From contig JBOGSW010000223.1 in assembly GCA_050695815.1 (NCBI GenBank), forward strand, positions 1-50,590: a DNA stretch of 50,590 nucleotides. Reading direction: 5' to 3'. This stretch comes from Candidatus Limnocylindria bacterium (GTDB lineage: Bacteria; Chloroflexota; Limnocylindria; QHBO01). The translations under genes were made by a program, and so were the position numbers. How positions within the stretch are numbered: position 1 is the stretch's first letter; every line of letters begins with the position of its first letter. Below the pieces are notes generated by a model that was given only the letters and a program-made list of their open reading frames with translations, ran no database searches and was not told where the DNA came from. Below are positions 26,527 to 36,633 of this stretch, piece by piece.

Positions 26527-28427
26527 CGGCCCTCGTGCCGGCGCACCACGAAGGCGGGCGGCTCACCGGTCGGCTCGATCTCGACCGGCGCCAGCGGCAG
26601 GGCGACGCGCGGGATGCGAAAGCCGAAGACCGATCCCTGACCTGCCTCGTCATTCGGGCCGGCCCAGATCCGCCCGCCGTGGGCGTCGATGATGGCGCGG
26701 CTGATGTAGAGCCCAAGCCCGAGGCCGCCGAACCGGCGCCGGCCGGAGTCGTCCGAGGCCTGGTAGAAGCGCTCGAAGACGTTCTCGCGGTGCTCGGCCG
26801 GGATGCCGACGCCGGCATCGGCGACGCGCACCTCCACCTCGCCGGCCCGGCGCTCGGCGCCGATCCGGACCGGCCCGCCATCGGGCGAATACTTCAGCGC
26901 GTTCTCGATGAGGTTGCTCAGGACCTGGTCGAGCCGATCGCGGTCCGCGTGCACGGGCAACGCCTCGGGGGTCGCGAGGGTCAGCGCCCTGTCGCGATGC
27001 TCGCGGCCGATCCGGTTGACCGCCTCGTGCAGCAGCTCGGCGAGATCGAAGTCGGCCGGCTCGATGCTGACGCCGCCCCGCCGATCGATGCGGCTCACGT
27101 CGAGCAGGTCATCCACGAGACGCCGCATGCGCCCCGACTGCGAGCGGATGACGTGCAGGTGTGCCAGCTCCTTGCTCTGGCCGGCGTGATCGCCGCGCAG
27201 GCGCGCCTCGAGCAGCTGGGAGTAGCCCTGGATGCTGGTGAGCGGGGTGCGCAGCTCGTGGCTGACGATCGAGAGGAAGTCGTCCTTGATCCGCTGGGCC
27301 TGCCGCTCGCGCTCCATCCGCTCCTGGAGGTCGGACCAGAGCTGCGCGTTCTGGAGCGCCGGGCCGGCGCGCTCGGCGACCGCCTCGGCCATGTGACGCA
27401 CCTCGGGGGAGGGCGCCCGTCCATCACACCCGACCGTGGCGAGCACGCCGAGCAGGCGGCCACCGGCCAGGATCGGAACGGCCAGCGCCCAGCCCAGACC
27501 CAGTTCGCGGATCCCATCCGGGTCGCCGGTCGGAATGGTGTCCGCGCTCACCAGCCGGGTCGTGGCGGTGGCCGCCGCCTCGCCGGCGACGCCCTCGCCG
27601 ATGCGCGGCGCCCGAGCCTCGACGAACGACCGCCATCGCTGCGCAAGGTCGTCGTCGGTGCCGGCCGCGGCGGCCGGCATCAGCCGCCGGGTCTCGTCCT
27701 CCACGAGGAACACGATCGTCGCCTCGCCGAGCAGTGGGGCGGTCTCGGAGGCGATCGTCCGCAGCGTCTCGGAGCGCTCGAGCGAGGCGCCGAAGTCTCG
27801 GCCGAGCCGGCTGAGCAGATCGCGCTCGCGGCCGAGCTGCAGCTCGCGCGCCTCGGCGGCGAGGCGCAGCTGGAGGCGGGCGTTCTCGGTGGCCCGCCCG
27901 ATCACGGTGCGGCTGAAGAGGCCGGCGATCACCCCGAATCCGACGAGAAATGCGACCCTGATCGGCAGCAGCTCGCGGACCGTCTCCGGCGCGCTGCCGG
28001 CGACGATGACGGCGGCGTACAGGCCGCTCATCACGATCGCCGACCAGACCGATGCGCCGAATCCGAACCGCAGCGCCGTGCCGAGGATGACCAGCCCGTA
28101 GAAGAGGTAGACGTCGATCGCATCGGCGGCGACGTAGACCGCCACCGTCACGACGGCCATGTCGATCGCCGCGCTCACGATCCCCACCTCGCGCGCCGGG
28201 AAGCGTCGCAGCAGGAGCGGAACCGCCAGCCCCGAGAGCACGACGACCGCCAGCAGACCCACGAGAACGGGGAAGCCCGGTAGCCGGTCGGCGAACAGGA
28301 GCAGGAACGGGGCGGCGAGCACGGCCATCCCCACGCGCACCCAGGCGAGCTGCCGCTCCTGGGCACTCATGAGGGGCTCGAGCTGCCCCTCGAGCTCGTT
28401 CGATCCGGTGGTTGCGATCGGTTCCAT
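26523..28427 (-). CDS. Membrane sensor histidine kinase with GAF domain
   Basis: About 5-6 N-terminal TM segments and a GAF-like middle region. H-box SHELRTPLTSIQGY. HATPase motifs (NLIENALKY, DAGVGI, GGLGLGL). 4-nt overlap with queG. Confidence 0.9.
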   Translation of the reverse strand: MEPIATTGSNELEGQLEPLMSAQERQLAWVRVGMAVLAAPFLLLFADRLPGFPVLVGLLAVVVLSGLAVPLLLRRFPAREVGIVSAAIDMAVVTVAVYVAADAIDVYLFYGLVILGTALRFGFGASVWSAIVMSGLYAAVIVAGSAPETVRELLPIRVAFLVGFGVIAGLFSRTVIGRATENARLQLRLAAEARELQLGRERDLLSRLGRDFGASLERSETLRTIASETAPLLGEATIVFLVEDETRRLMPAAAAGTDDDLAQRWRSFVEARAPRIGEGVAGEAAATATTRLVSADTIPTGDPDGIRELGLGWALAVPILAGGRLLGVLATVGCDGRAPSPEVRHMAEAVAERAGPALQNAQLWSDLQERMERERQAQRIKDDFLSIVSHELRTPLTSIQGYSQLLEARLRGDHAGQSKELAHLHVIRSQSGRMRRLVDDLLDVSRIDRRGGVSIEPADFDLAELLHEAVNRIGREHRDRALTLATPEALPVHADRDRLDQVLSNLIENALKYSPDGGPVRIGAERRAGEVEVRVADAGVGIPAEHRENVFERFYQASDDSGRRRFGGLGLGLYISRAIIDAHGGRIWAGPNDEAGQGSVFGFRIPRVALPLAPVEIEPTGEPPAFVVRRHEGR

Positions 28428-28496
28428 GGCCAGCGCTGCACTCTAGCATCGGCGATGGGCACGCTCGCGGAGCGCCGAGCACGCCGCCGGCATCGG

Positions 28497-30608
28497 TCAG
28501 TCGGGCTCGATCTCCTCGAGGATGGCGTCGTCGTCGGCGCGCCGCGGCCGGACGAGCGAGCGCGGTACGCGCAGGTAGAGCACGATTGCCGCGCCACCGA
28601 CCAGCGCGGCCACGATCGGAATCCAGGGAAGCCTGCGGTAGTCGAAGATGCCGATCCCGCTCACCGTGCCGCGCGCCACGTTGCCGGCGAAGTCCGTCGC
28701 CTCGACCACCACTCGTGTCGGCCACGGCGGCAGCGACACGCTCGTCGAGAACCGGCCACCGGCGCTGACCTCGACCGGCACGCCGTCGACCGTCACGCTG
28801 GCGTAGGACTCGGTGCGGCCGCTGATCGTGACGGCGGCACTCCCGAATGGCGTCGCGGCCTCCACGTCGAGCGGTGGCGGCGCGGTCAGCACGCGCACGT
28901 CCCACGAGGCGACGTAGCCGTGCCCGGCCGGCGTGCTCACGACGATCGACGCCCGGTAGCTCGGGTTCGGCACGGAGGTGGATGGCGGCAGCATCGGCAC
29001 GCGCAGCAGCCCCGTCCCCGGAACCGTGCCGGCAAGGCGCATGTTCGACGGGTCGAGATCGATCGACACCACCCGCGAGCCAGGCGGGGCGCTGACCTCG
29101 ACCAGGAACCCGTCCGGCCCGACGCCCAGCGTCCCGCGTCCGTCGAGGCGGTGGGTGGCGACGGTTGGTGGCGTCAGCTCACCGTCATCGGCCTCGGGGA
29201 CCAACACCGACTCCCACGGCAAAATGCTGACCCAGGCGTCGGCCAGGACGACCGGCGGCGCCAGGCGGCCGCCCCCCGGACCGGGCGATCCCAGGCCGGG
29301 CGACCCGTGCAGGATGGCCAGCCAATCTCGGTCCCCCACCAGCGCCACCGGCTCGGCGCCGGCGAGCGTCGCAACGAGGACCGTGCCCGAGGCCGGGAAC
29401 CGCAGCTCCGGGCTCGCGTCCACCGGCAGCAGGCGGCCACCGTAGAAGACGAGCGACTCTCCGTCCGGCCCTCCGCCCGGCAGGGCACCCACGTACGGCC
29501 GGGTAGGCACCGATGCGAGGCGCGCGGCGGCCGGGCTGCGTGACACGGCGCCCAGTGGCGGGTCGAGGTTGGGCAGGCTGCGCACGTCGAGTGTCGGGAT
29601 CGCCGGCTGGTGGATCACCAGGTGCGGCTGGCCGACGATCTCGACCGTGCCGACGAGCTCAGCGCCGGGCGCCTCGACCGAGGCCACCTCCACTGGATCG
29701 CCGCCGGACGGCCACGCGTGCACGACGACCTCGTCCCGCACCACCGCGGCGAGACCTCGGCCCGACTCGAGCGGCACGCCGACGGCCTCGGAGGCGATCC
29801 CGAATCGGTCCACCTCGAGCAGGTCGTCGGCCCCGAGGCGGATCCGGAAGAGTCCGGGCGGGCCCAGCGTGCCGATCACGCCGGCCTCCTCGCCGGGTCG
29901 GTCATCGCTGTCGCCGATGATGAACGGCGTGTCACCCGAGCCGATGCGCAGGGTCGTCATGGTCGGCGTACCGAACGCGCCTTCGCTCCAGCGCAGCACC
30001 GCCGCCTCGGTCGGGAAGCTCGTATCGCCCACCGGTGGCAGCGAGCGACTGGTGAGCAGCTCGTCGGTTCCATCCCCGTCGAGATCGAGGACGAAGACCG
30101 CGTCCACCGCCTCGATCGGGTCCGCAACCGTGGTGATCTCCAGCGCGCCATCGACGATGGCGAGGTCGCTGAGGAGGAGACAGCAGGCCGGACCGACGTC
30201 GATCTCCTCGAAGTGCGGCTGCGTCGCCAGCGTGACGCGCTCCGCGCCTCCGACGTGGCGCAGGAGCAGGCGAACGGGGGCGTCGGCGTAGACCGGGTCC
30301 AGCTGCACGCCGCGGCTGGAGGGGGGAATCACCTCGATCGGCTCACCGGCGATGGCCCATCCCGCCGCGGTGAGGCGCCACGCCTCGACCGCGATCGCGC
30401 CATCCGCCGCTCCGACCGCTCGCACGAGCTCGCGGAGGCCGTCGGCGTCGAGGTCGCCCGCAACGGCCTGGATGAGGCGGGCGTCGGGCAGGACCATCGC
30501 CCCGGGTTCGTCGGGCACAACGGCAACGGCGGCGGGCGGGTCCGGTGGCAGGAGCGGCGCCGACGCCAGGAGCGCGCACAGCACGAGCGGAGCGAGCATG
30601 GGTCGCAT
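28497..30608 (-). CDS. Secreted FG-GAP/VCBS-like repeat protein with Ig-like domain and C-terminal TM anchor
   Basis: Signal peptide. DLDADG and DLDGDGTDELL Ca-binding-like loops. C-terminal FDYRRLPWIPIVAALVGGAAIVLYLR anchor and acidic tail. Paralogue of 33264-35402. Confidence 0.7.
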   Translation of the reverse strand: MRPMLAPLVLCALLASAPLLPPDPPAAVAVVPDEPGAMVLPDARLIQAVAGDLDADGLRELVRAVGAADGAIAVEAWRLTAAGWAIAGEPIEVIPPSSRGVQLDPVYADAPVRLLLRHVGGAERVTLATQPHFEEIDVGPACCLLLSDLAIVDGALEITTVADPIEAVDAVFVLDLDGDGTDELLTSRSLPPVGDTSFPTEAAVLRWSEGAFGTPTMTTLRIGSGDTPFIIGDSDDRPGEEAGVIGTLGPPGLFRIRLGADDLLEVDRFGIASEAVGVPLESGRGLAAVVRDEVVVHAWPSGGDPVEVASVEAPGAELVGTVEIVGQPHLVIHQPAIPTLDVRSLPNLDPPLGAVSRSPAAARLASVPTRPYVGALPGGGPDGESLVFYGGRLLPVDASPELRFPASGTVLVATLAGAEPVALVGDRDWLAILHGSPGLGSPGPGGGRLAPPVVLADAWVSILPWESVLVPEADDGELTPPTVATHRLDGRGTLGVGPDGFLVEVSAPPGSRVVSIDLDPSNMRLAGTVPGTGLLRVPMLPPSTSVPNPSYRASIVVSTPAGHGYVASWDVRVLTAPPPLDVEAATPFGSAAVTISGRTESYASVTVDGVPVEVSAGGRFSTSVSLPPWPTRVVVEATDFAGNVARGTVSGIGIFDYRRLPWIPIVAALVGGAAIVLYLRVPRSLVRPRRADDDAILEEIEPD

Positions 30609-30639
30609 GAGGATACCGCCGCTCTGGCATCATCGGTCC

Positions 30640-32604
30640 ATGCCCGCCCCGACCGTCCTGTGGACGCCGCCCGCCGACGTCCGCCGGCGCACCCGCATCG
30701 GCGCATACCTCCGCTGGCTCGAGCGTTCGCGCGGTCTGGCCTTCGCCGACTATGCGGCCCTGCATCGCTGGTCGGTCGACGAGCTGGATGCGTTCTGGTC
30801 ATCGGTCTGGGAGCACTTCGAGGTGCGCTCCGAGACCGATCCCGGCCCGGCTCTGGCCGAGGAGCGGATGCCCGGGGCGCGCTGGGTGCCCGACGCCCGC
30901 CTGAACTGGGCCGAGCACTGCCTGCGCCTGGACGGGCGCGCCGCGGACGACACCGTCCTCATCGCCCGCTCCCAGTCGCGCGACCGCATCACGCTCACCA
31001 CGGACGAGCTGCGCGACCGGGTCGCCCGCGTGCGCGCCGGGCTCGAACGCCTGGGGGTTGAACGTGGCGATCGCGTGGCCGCCTACCTGCCCAACGTACC
31101 CGAGGCGGTGATCGGGGCGCTGGCCACCGCATCGCTGGGCGCGGTCTGGTCGAGCTGCGCGCCCGAATTCGGCACGCGCAGCGTGGTCGATCGGTTCAGC
31201 CAGATCGAGCCGAAGGTGCTGCTCACCATCGACGGCTACCGCTACGGCGAACGGGCCGTCGACCGGACCGATGAGGTGGCCGCCATCCGCGCCGCCCTGC
31301 CCAGCCTGGCCGCCACCGTCGTCCTCCCCTACCTCGAGACCGATGCGTCACGCATCCCCGACGCCGTCTCGTGGGCCGAGCTGACCGCCCAGCCCGGCGA
31401 GCTGGCCTTCGCGGCCGTGCCCTTCGACCACCCGCTCTTCGTCCTCTACTCCTCGGGCACGACCGGGCTGCCGAAGCCGATCGTCCACGGCCACGGCGGC
31501 ATCCTGCTGGAGCACCTGAAGATCCACGCCCTCCATCACGACCTCGGTCCGGCCGATCGGTTCTTCTGGTTCAGCACGACGGGCTGGATGATGTGGAACT
31601 ACCTCGTGTCGGGCCTGGCCGTGGACGCCACCATCGTCCTGTACGACGGATCGCCGGCCCACCCCGACCTCGGTGCGCTGTGGCGCCTGGCCGCCGAGGA
31701 GGGGGTGACGTTCTTCGGCACCTCGGCCCCATACCTGATGGCGTGCCGCAAGGAAGGGCTCCGCCCCGGTGACCTGGCAGATCTCTCCCGGCTGCGCGGG
31801 ATCGGCTCCACCGGAGCGCCGCTGCCGGTCGAGGGATTTCGCTACGTCTACGACGCGATCGGCCCATCGGTCCACCTGCAGAGCGTCTCCGGCGGGACCG
31901 ATGTGTGCACGGCCTTCCTCGGCGCCTCGCCGCTGGTGCCGGTCTGGGAGGGCGAGCTGTCATGCCGCCACCTCGGTTGCGCGGTCGAGGCGTTCTCGCC
32001 GTCGGGCGAGCCGCTCATCGGCGAGGAGGGCGAGCTGGTGCTCACGAAACCGATGCCGTCGATGCCGGTCTCGTTCTGGAACGATCCTTCCGGCGAACGA
32101 TATCGGGAGGCCTACTTCGGCGAATGGCCGGGGGTGTGGCGCCACGGGGACTGGGTCACGTTCACCGAGCGCGGGTCGGCCGTGATCAGCGGCCGCTCCG
32201 ACGCGACCCTCAACCGGGGCGGGGTGCGCATCGGCACGGCCGAGTTCTACGCGGTCGTCGAGTCGCTTCCCGAGATCGCCGATTCGCTCGTGGTCCACCT
32301 GGACTCCGGAGATCGGCTCCTCCTGTTCGTGGCGCTGCGCGAGGGTGACGCGCTCTCGGACGAGCTACGCGACCGCCTCACGCGCGAGCTGCGGTCTGCC
32401 CTCTCGCCGCGGCACGTGCCGGACGAGATCATCGCCGTGCCGGCCATCCCGCGCACGTTGTCGGGCAAGAAGCTGGAGGTGCCGGTGAAGCGCATCCTGA
32501 CCGGCACGCCGCCCGACGTCGCCGCCTCACGCGGCTCGCTGGCCGACCCTTCGTCACTCGACGCGTTCGTCGCCATCGCCGCGAAGCTGGGCCATGCGGG
32601 CTGA
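30640..32604 (+). CDS. Acetoacetyl-CoA synthetase (acetoacetate-CoA ligase)
   Basis: N-terminal VLWTPPADVRRRTRIGAYLRWLE. AMP-binding YSSGTTGLPKPIVH. About 650 aa. ATG at 30640. Confidence 0.85.
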   Translation: MPAPTVLWTPPADVRRRTRIGAYLRWLERSRGLAFADYAALHRWSVDELDAFWSSVWEHFEVRSETDPGPALAEERMPGARWVPDARLNWAEHCLRLDGRAADDTVLIARSQSRDRITLTTDELRDRVARVRAGLERLGVERGDRVAAYLPNVPEAVIGALATASLGAVWSSCAPEFGTRSVVDRFSQIEPKVLLTIDGYRYGERAVDRTDEVAAIRAALPSLAATVVLPYLETDASRIPDAVSWAELTAQPGELAFAAVPFDHPLFVLYSSGTTGLPKPIVHGHGGILLEHLKIHALHHDLGPADRFFWFSTTGWMMWNYLVSGLAVDATIVLYDGSPAHPDLGALWRLAAEEGVTFFGTSAPYLMACRKEGLRPGDLADLSRLRGIGSTGAPLPVEGFRYVYDAIGPSVHLQSVSGGTDVCTAFLGASPLVPVWEGELSCRHLGCAVEAFSPSGEPLIGEEGELVLTKPMPSMPVSFWNDPSGERYREAYFGEWPGVWRHGDWVTFTERGSAVISGRSDATLNRGGVRIGTAEFYAVVESLPEIADSLVVHLDSGDRLLLFVALREGDALSDELRDRLTRELRSALSPRHVPDEIIAVPAIPRTLSGKKLEVPVKRILTGTPPDVAASRGSLADPSSLDAFVAIAAKLGHAG

Positions 32605-32877
32605 GTCTGCTGATCGCAGCCGCGCGGGCCGATTTTGCATATGGTGGAGGCAACCCGACGAGATCCGGCTCCGAAACGCCTCCCGAGCCCAATTGCATGC
32701 CGATTCCATGCATCGGATGCACAGAACCGGGTCGCTTCGGCCCAAACTCCTCCAGGTGGCACCAATGGATGCAACGGGGCGCGTCGCGACCAATCGCACG
32801 CTCTCGAGTCCGACTCCGCGCCAAGCACCGGCGACTAGCATGCGGATGACACCGAACCGATGACGAAGGAGCGACCG

Positions 32878-33267
32878 ATGGCGATGAGCGATCTGCACAC
32901 CTGGGAGATCTGGTATCCCGGCGCGGGGGCGACTGGCATCCCGATCGCACGCGCCCGGATCGATCCCGTCGACGGTGTCTGGGCCCACGCCCTGGCGCGC
33001 AAGGTGGCCGTCACCGTGCGGCAGGGCGACGACGCCGTGGTGGCGCGCGGCGAGAACCTCGCCCGCGAGGGGCGCTTCAAGCCGATGACGCGGCTCTGGC
33101 TCGAGGGCGACGCGGTCCAGCGCGAGGATCGATGGCCGACCGACGACGACCTTGGTGCCATCGTCATCCTGCCCGGCGGGGAGGCCGGTGTCCTGACGGC
33201 GTGGTGGAACGCCGACGACGGCATGGAGTGGCGCTGGTCGGTCGAGTTCCGCAATTCGCGCCGCTAG
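32878..33267 (+). CDS. Hypothetical Trp-rich small protein
   Basis: ATG at 32878 preceded by AAGGAG. No family recognised. Its stop overlaps the convergent gene's stop within CTAG. Confidence 0.5.
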   Translation: MAMSDLHTWEIWYPGAGATGIPIARARIDPVDGVWAHALARKVAVTVRQGDDAVVARGENLAREGRFKPMTRLWLEGDAVQREDRWPTDDDLGAIVILPGGEAGVLTAWWNADDGMEWRWSVEFRNSRR

Positions 33268-35402
33268 CGGCCGCTCACCTCCGAGGGCTCGGCCTCGTCG
33301 AGCACGATCTCCTCGAGCACGGCGTCGTCGTAGGCGGGTGGAGCGAGCGCGAGCCGCCGGCGCGGGGTGCGCAGGAAGAGCGCGACGCCCAGGCCGAGCG
33401 TGAGCGCGACCACGATGGCCAGCCACGGGAGGCCACGGTAGTCTAGGAAACCGACGACCTCCAGGCGCTCGACCGTCTCGTTGCCGACGGGATCCCGCGC
33501 GACCACCAGCACCTCCTGCGGCCAGATCGGTGCATCGACCTCCACCTCGAACGCGCCCTCGGCATCGGACGCCACCGGTTGCCCGTTGATCGTCACGGTC
33601 GATCCGGCCGAAACCGAACCGGCGACCGTCGCCGTGAGATCGAACGCGTCGGATCGTGCCTCGGCCGCCAGCTTGGGTGCCGCGAGCATCACGTCTCCCT
33701 GCCAGGTGGCGACGTATGCGTGGCCGGTTGGCGCGACGAGCAGGATCGCGGCCCTGAATGGCCGATTCCGATCCTCGCGGTCGCGTGGTTCCATCTCCAC
33801 CGTCAGTGCCCCGCTCACGTCGATCTCCTCGTCGGCGACGATGCGCTCGTCCACCACGGCGACCACCCGCGAACCGGGAACGCCGGCCACCGTTGCCGTG
33901 AAGCCGGCCTCCGTCACGGCCAGGCGTTCGCCACCATCGGGGCCGGCCACCGGCACCGCGCCGTCGAGGTCAGCCGCGAGGCGGCCATCATCGACCTCGG
34001 GCTCGAGAATCAGGCTCATGGGGACGAGCGTCAGCTCGTCGTCCGCGCCGTACGGAAACGGGAAGAAGGTCGCGGCATCCCGGGTGTTGAAGCGTTGTCC
34101 GCGCCGGACCGCCAGCCATCCGCCGCCCGGGCCGGCGACCCCCACCGACGAGAGGCCGGCCATGAGCGAAGCGGGCTGGACCTCGAGCTCGCCATCGGCG
34201 GCCAGCGTGATGAGGTTTCCGGCGGCGAAGTAGGCGTCCGTGCCATCGCCGATGCCGCCCGGGATCGGGCCGAGCGCCGGGTACGGGGCGAAGTCGAGGG
34301 ATTGGAGCGCCGGGAAGTCGCGCGACGGGAGCTCCCACAGGCGCGCGGCCGCGTCACTGGCGGCAATGGTCATGATCTGTTCGTAGTCGAGGTTGTAGAT
34401 CGCCGAGTCCGGCCGGCCGCGTCCGTTGAAGTCGAGCGAGCTGTGGTCGATGATCACGGCATCGGGTCCGCTACCGAAGACGTACGCGAGGGGGAACTCG
34501 GCCTCGGTTGGCGCCAGTCGGATGTTGGTCAGCCGGCCACCGCGCGGCCATTGCATGAGCCGCATGCCGCCCGGCTCCTGCATGACGAGGACTCCATCGG
34601 CGGCACCGAGCAGCCATCGGAACTGGTTGCGCTCCTCGGCCACCGCCGACATCTCCTGTCGCAGCGATCCATCGGGGGCGCCGCCCAGGCGGACGAGGCT
34701 CCCATTCTCGTTCGGACCCAGCAGGACCTCCTCGCCCGGGACGCCGTCGAGCTCCCTGGCGGCCGACGGAAAGCCGATGAAGCCCTCATCGAGCGAGACA
34801 CGGTCGCTCTCGAACCGCTCGCCGGTCCAGTGCAGGAGGCGCACGAAGCGGGCGCCGGTGGCGTCGGCCACCTCGGCGACGAGAAGCTCGTCGGTGCCAT
34901 CGGCCTCGACGTCCAGGGTCATGACCGTCTCCGCCGGCCCGTCCGCGCCCTCGAGCTCCTCCAGCGTGAGCCGCCCACCGACCATGGCCACAAGCTCCGT
35001 GACGAGGCAGCAGGTGCCCCCCTCCCCGAGGGTCGCTCCGGTCAGGAGCAGGCCTCGCTCACGCGATCCGTCCGACCATGCCATGAGGTTCGCAACGTGG
35101 TCGGCCTGCCGGGGAACCGGCACCGGCGCTGTGTCGAGCAGCTCCCACGTGCCGTCGGTGAGCTCCCAGGCCTCCAGCTCCATCGAGAAGTCCGCGGTTC
35201 CCGACGTGACTCGCACCAGCTCGCGGACGTCGTCCCCGGTGACGTCGACCGTGATGGCCGATCCGGTCGGTCCGGGCAATGTGAACGGCGCATCGGGGTC
35301 GGCAGCCGATGCCGGGGGCGGTGCCGTCCCGGCGATGGCAAGGCTGAGCGCGGAGATGACGAGCGTCGCCCGCCGTCTGTCGCAGGTCAGTGGCCCCGCC
35401 AT
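33264..35402 (-). CDS. Secreted FG-GAP/VCBS-like repeat protein with C-terminal TM anchor (paralogue of 28497-30608)
   Basis: Signal peptide ending in an Ala-rich site. DVEADGTDELLV. C-terminal LDYRGLPWLAIVVALTLGLGVALFLR and acidic tail DDAVLEEI. Confidence 0.7.
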   Translation of the reverse strand: MAGPLTCDRRRATLVISALSLAIAGTAPPPASAADPDAPFTLPGPTGSAITVDVTGDDVRELVRVTSGTADFSMELEAWELTDGTWELLDTAPVPVPRQADHVANLMAWSDGSRERGLLLTGATLGEGGTCCLVTELVAMVGGRLTLEELEGADGPAETVMTLDVEADGTDELLVAEVADATGARFVRLLHWTGERFESDRVSLDEGFIGFPSAARELDGVPGEEVLLGPNENGSLVRLGGAPDGSLRQEMSAVAEERNQFRWLLGAADGVLVMQEPGGMRLMQWPRGGRLTNIRLAPTEAEFPLAYVFGSGPDAVIIDHSSLDFNGRGRPDSAIYNLDYEQIMTIAASDAAARLWELPSRDFPALQSLDFAPYPALGPIPGGIGDGTDAYFAAGNLITLAADGELEVQPASLMAGLSSVGVAGPGGGWLAVRRGQRFNTRDAATFFPFPYGADDELTLVPMSLILEPEVDDGRLAADLDGAVPVAGPDGGERLAVTEAGFTATVAGVPGSRVVAVVDERIVADEEIDVSGALTVEMEPRDREDRNRPFRAAILLVAPTGHAYVATWQGDVMLAAPKLAAEARSDAFDLTATVAGSVSAGSTVTINGQPVASDAEGAFEVEVDAPIWPQEVLVVARDPVGNETVERLEVVGFLDYRGLPWLAIVVALTLGLGVALFLRTPRRRLALAPPAYDDAVLEEIVLDEAEPSEVSGR

Positions 35403-35412
35403 CGGTCCGTCC

Positions 35413-36564
35413 CTACATCGCGCGCATGCCGAGCAGGTTGCGAGCGATCACCATGCGCTGGATCTCGCTCGTGCCCTCCCCGATCTCGGTCAGCTTGGCG
35501 TCACGCAGGTAGCGCTCGACGCGGTACTCGGTGATGTACCCATACCCGCCATGCACCTGGACCGCGTCGTTTGTCACGTCACGCGCCACCTCGGAGGCGT
35601 ACAGCTTGGCCATGGCCGCCTCGGTCGTGTACGGCTTGCCGCAGTCCTTGAGCCAGGCGGCGCGGTACGTCATCAGGCGGGCGGCGTCGATCGTGGTCGC
35701 CATGTCGGCGATCTTGAACGCCACCCCCTGGAAGGCACCGATGGGCCGATCGAACTGGCGGCGCTCCTTCGCATAGGCCGATGCGGCCTCGTAGGCCGCC
35801 TGCGCCAGCCCCAGTGCCATCGATGCGATGCCGATGCGGCCGCCGTCGAGCGTCTTCAGGAAGAGCTTGTCGCCCTCCCCCTCGGCGCCCAGCATGTTCT
35901 CAGCCGGGATGCGGCAATCGGTGAAGATGAGCTCGCCGGTGTTGCTGGCATGGAGGCCCATCTTCTCCTCCATCCGACCGATGGAGAAGCCGGGCGTATC
36001 GGCCTCCACGATGAAGGCGCTGATCTGGCCGCTCTCCGCCTCGCGATCCGTCACGGCGGTGACGATGTAGGTGCCCGCCACGCCGGCATTGGTGATGAAG
36101 CGCTTGCCGCCGTTGAGGATCCACTCGTCGCCATCGCGATGCGCCCGGGTGCGCGTGCCGCGCGAGTCGCTCCCCGCTCCGGGTTCGGTGAGGCCGTACG
36201 CGCCGATCACCTCGCCCGAGGCCATCGGTCGCAGGTACTTCTCCTTCTGGGCATCGGTCCCCGACAGCCAGATCGGGTTGCATCCGAGGCTGGTGTGGGC
36301 GCTGACGATGATCCCGACGCTGCCGCTCACCCGGCTCAGCTCCTCGACGGTGATGGCGTACGCCAGGCTGTCGAGCCCCGTGCCGCCGATCTCCTCGGGA
36401 TACGGCACCCCGAGCAGGCCGAGCGAGGCCGCCTCGCGGATGATCTCCATGGGGAACTCGCCCTTGCGCTCGAGCTCGTCGGCGACCGGCGCGATGCGCT
36501 TCTCGGCGAAGTCGCGCACCGTGCGGCGAATCTCCTCGTGCTGGGGCGAGAGGGCGAAGTCCAT
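35413..36564 (-). CDS. Acyl-CoA dehydrogenase (short/medium-chain type)
   Basis: Full-length ACAD pattern: GAYGLTEPGAGSD, catalytic region QVHGGYGYITEYRVERYLRDAKLTEIGEGTSEIQ. Confidence 0.9.
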   Translation of the reverse strand: MDFALSPQHEEIRRTVRDFAEKRIAPVADELERKGEFPMEIIREAASLGLLGVPYPEEIGGTGLDSLAYAITVEELSRVSGSVGIIVSAHTSLGCNPIWLSGTDAQKEKYLRPMASGEVIGAYGLTEPGAGSDSRGTRTRAHRDGDEWILNGGKRFITNAGVAGTYIVTAVTDREAESGQISAFIVEADTPGFSIGRMEEKMGLHASNTGELIFTDCRIPAENMLGAEGEGDKLFLKTLDGGRIGIASMALGLAQAAYEAASAYAKERRQFDRPIGAFQGVAFKIADMATTIDAARLMTYRAAWLKDCGKPYTTEAAMAKLYASEVARDVTNDAVQVHGGYGYITEYRVERYLRDAKLTEIGEGTSEIQRMVIARNLLGMRAM

Positions 36565-36633
36565 CGGCGTCGTGTGCTCCGTGGGCGTTGCGGATTCCGT
36601 GGCGTCTCCGGCACGTCGGAGTCTACCAACCGA

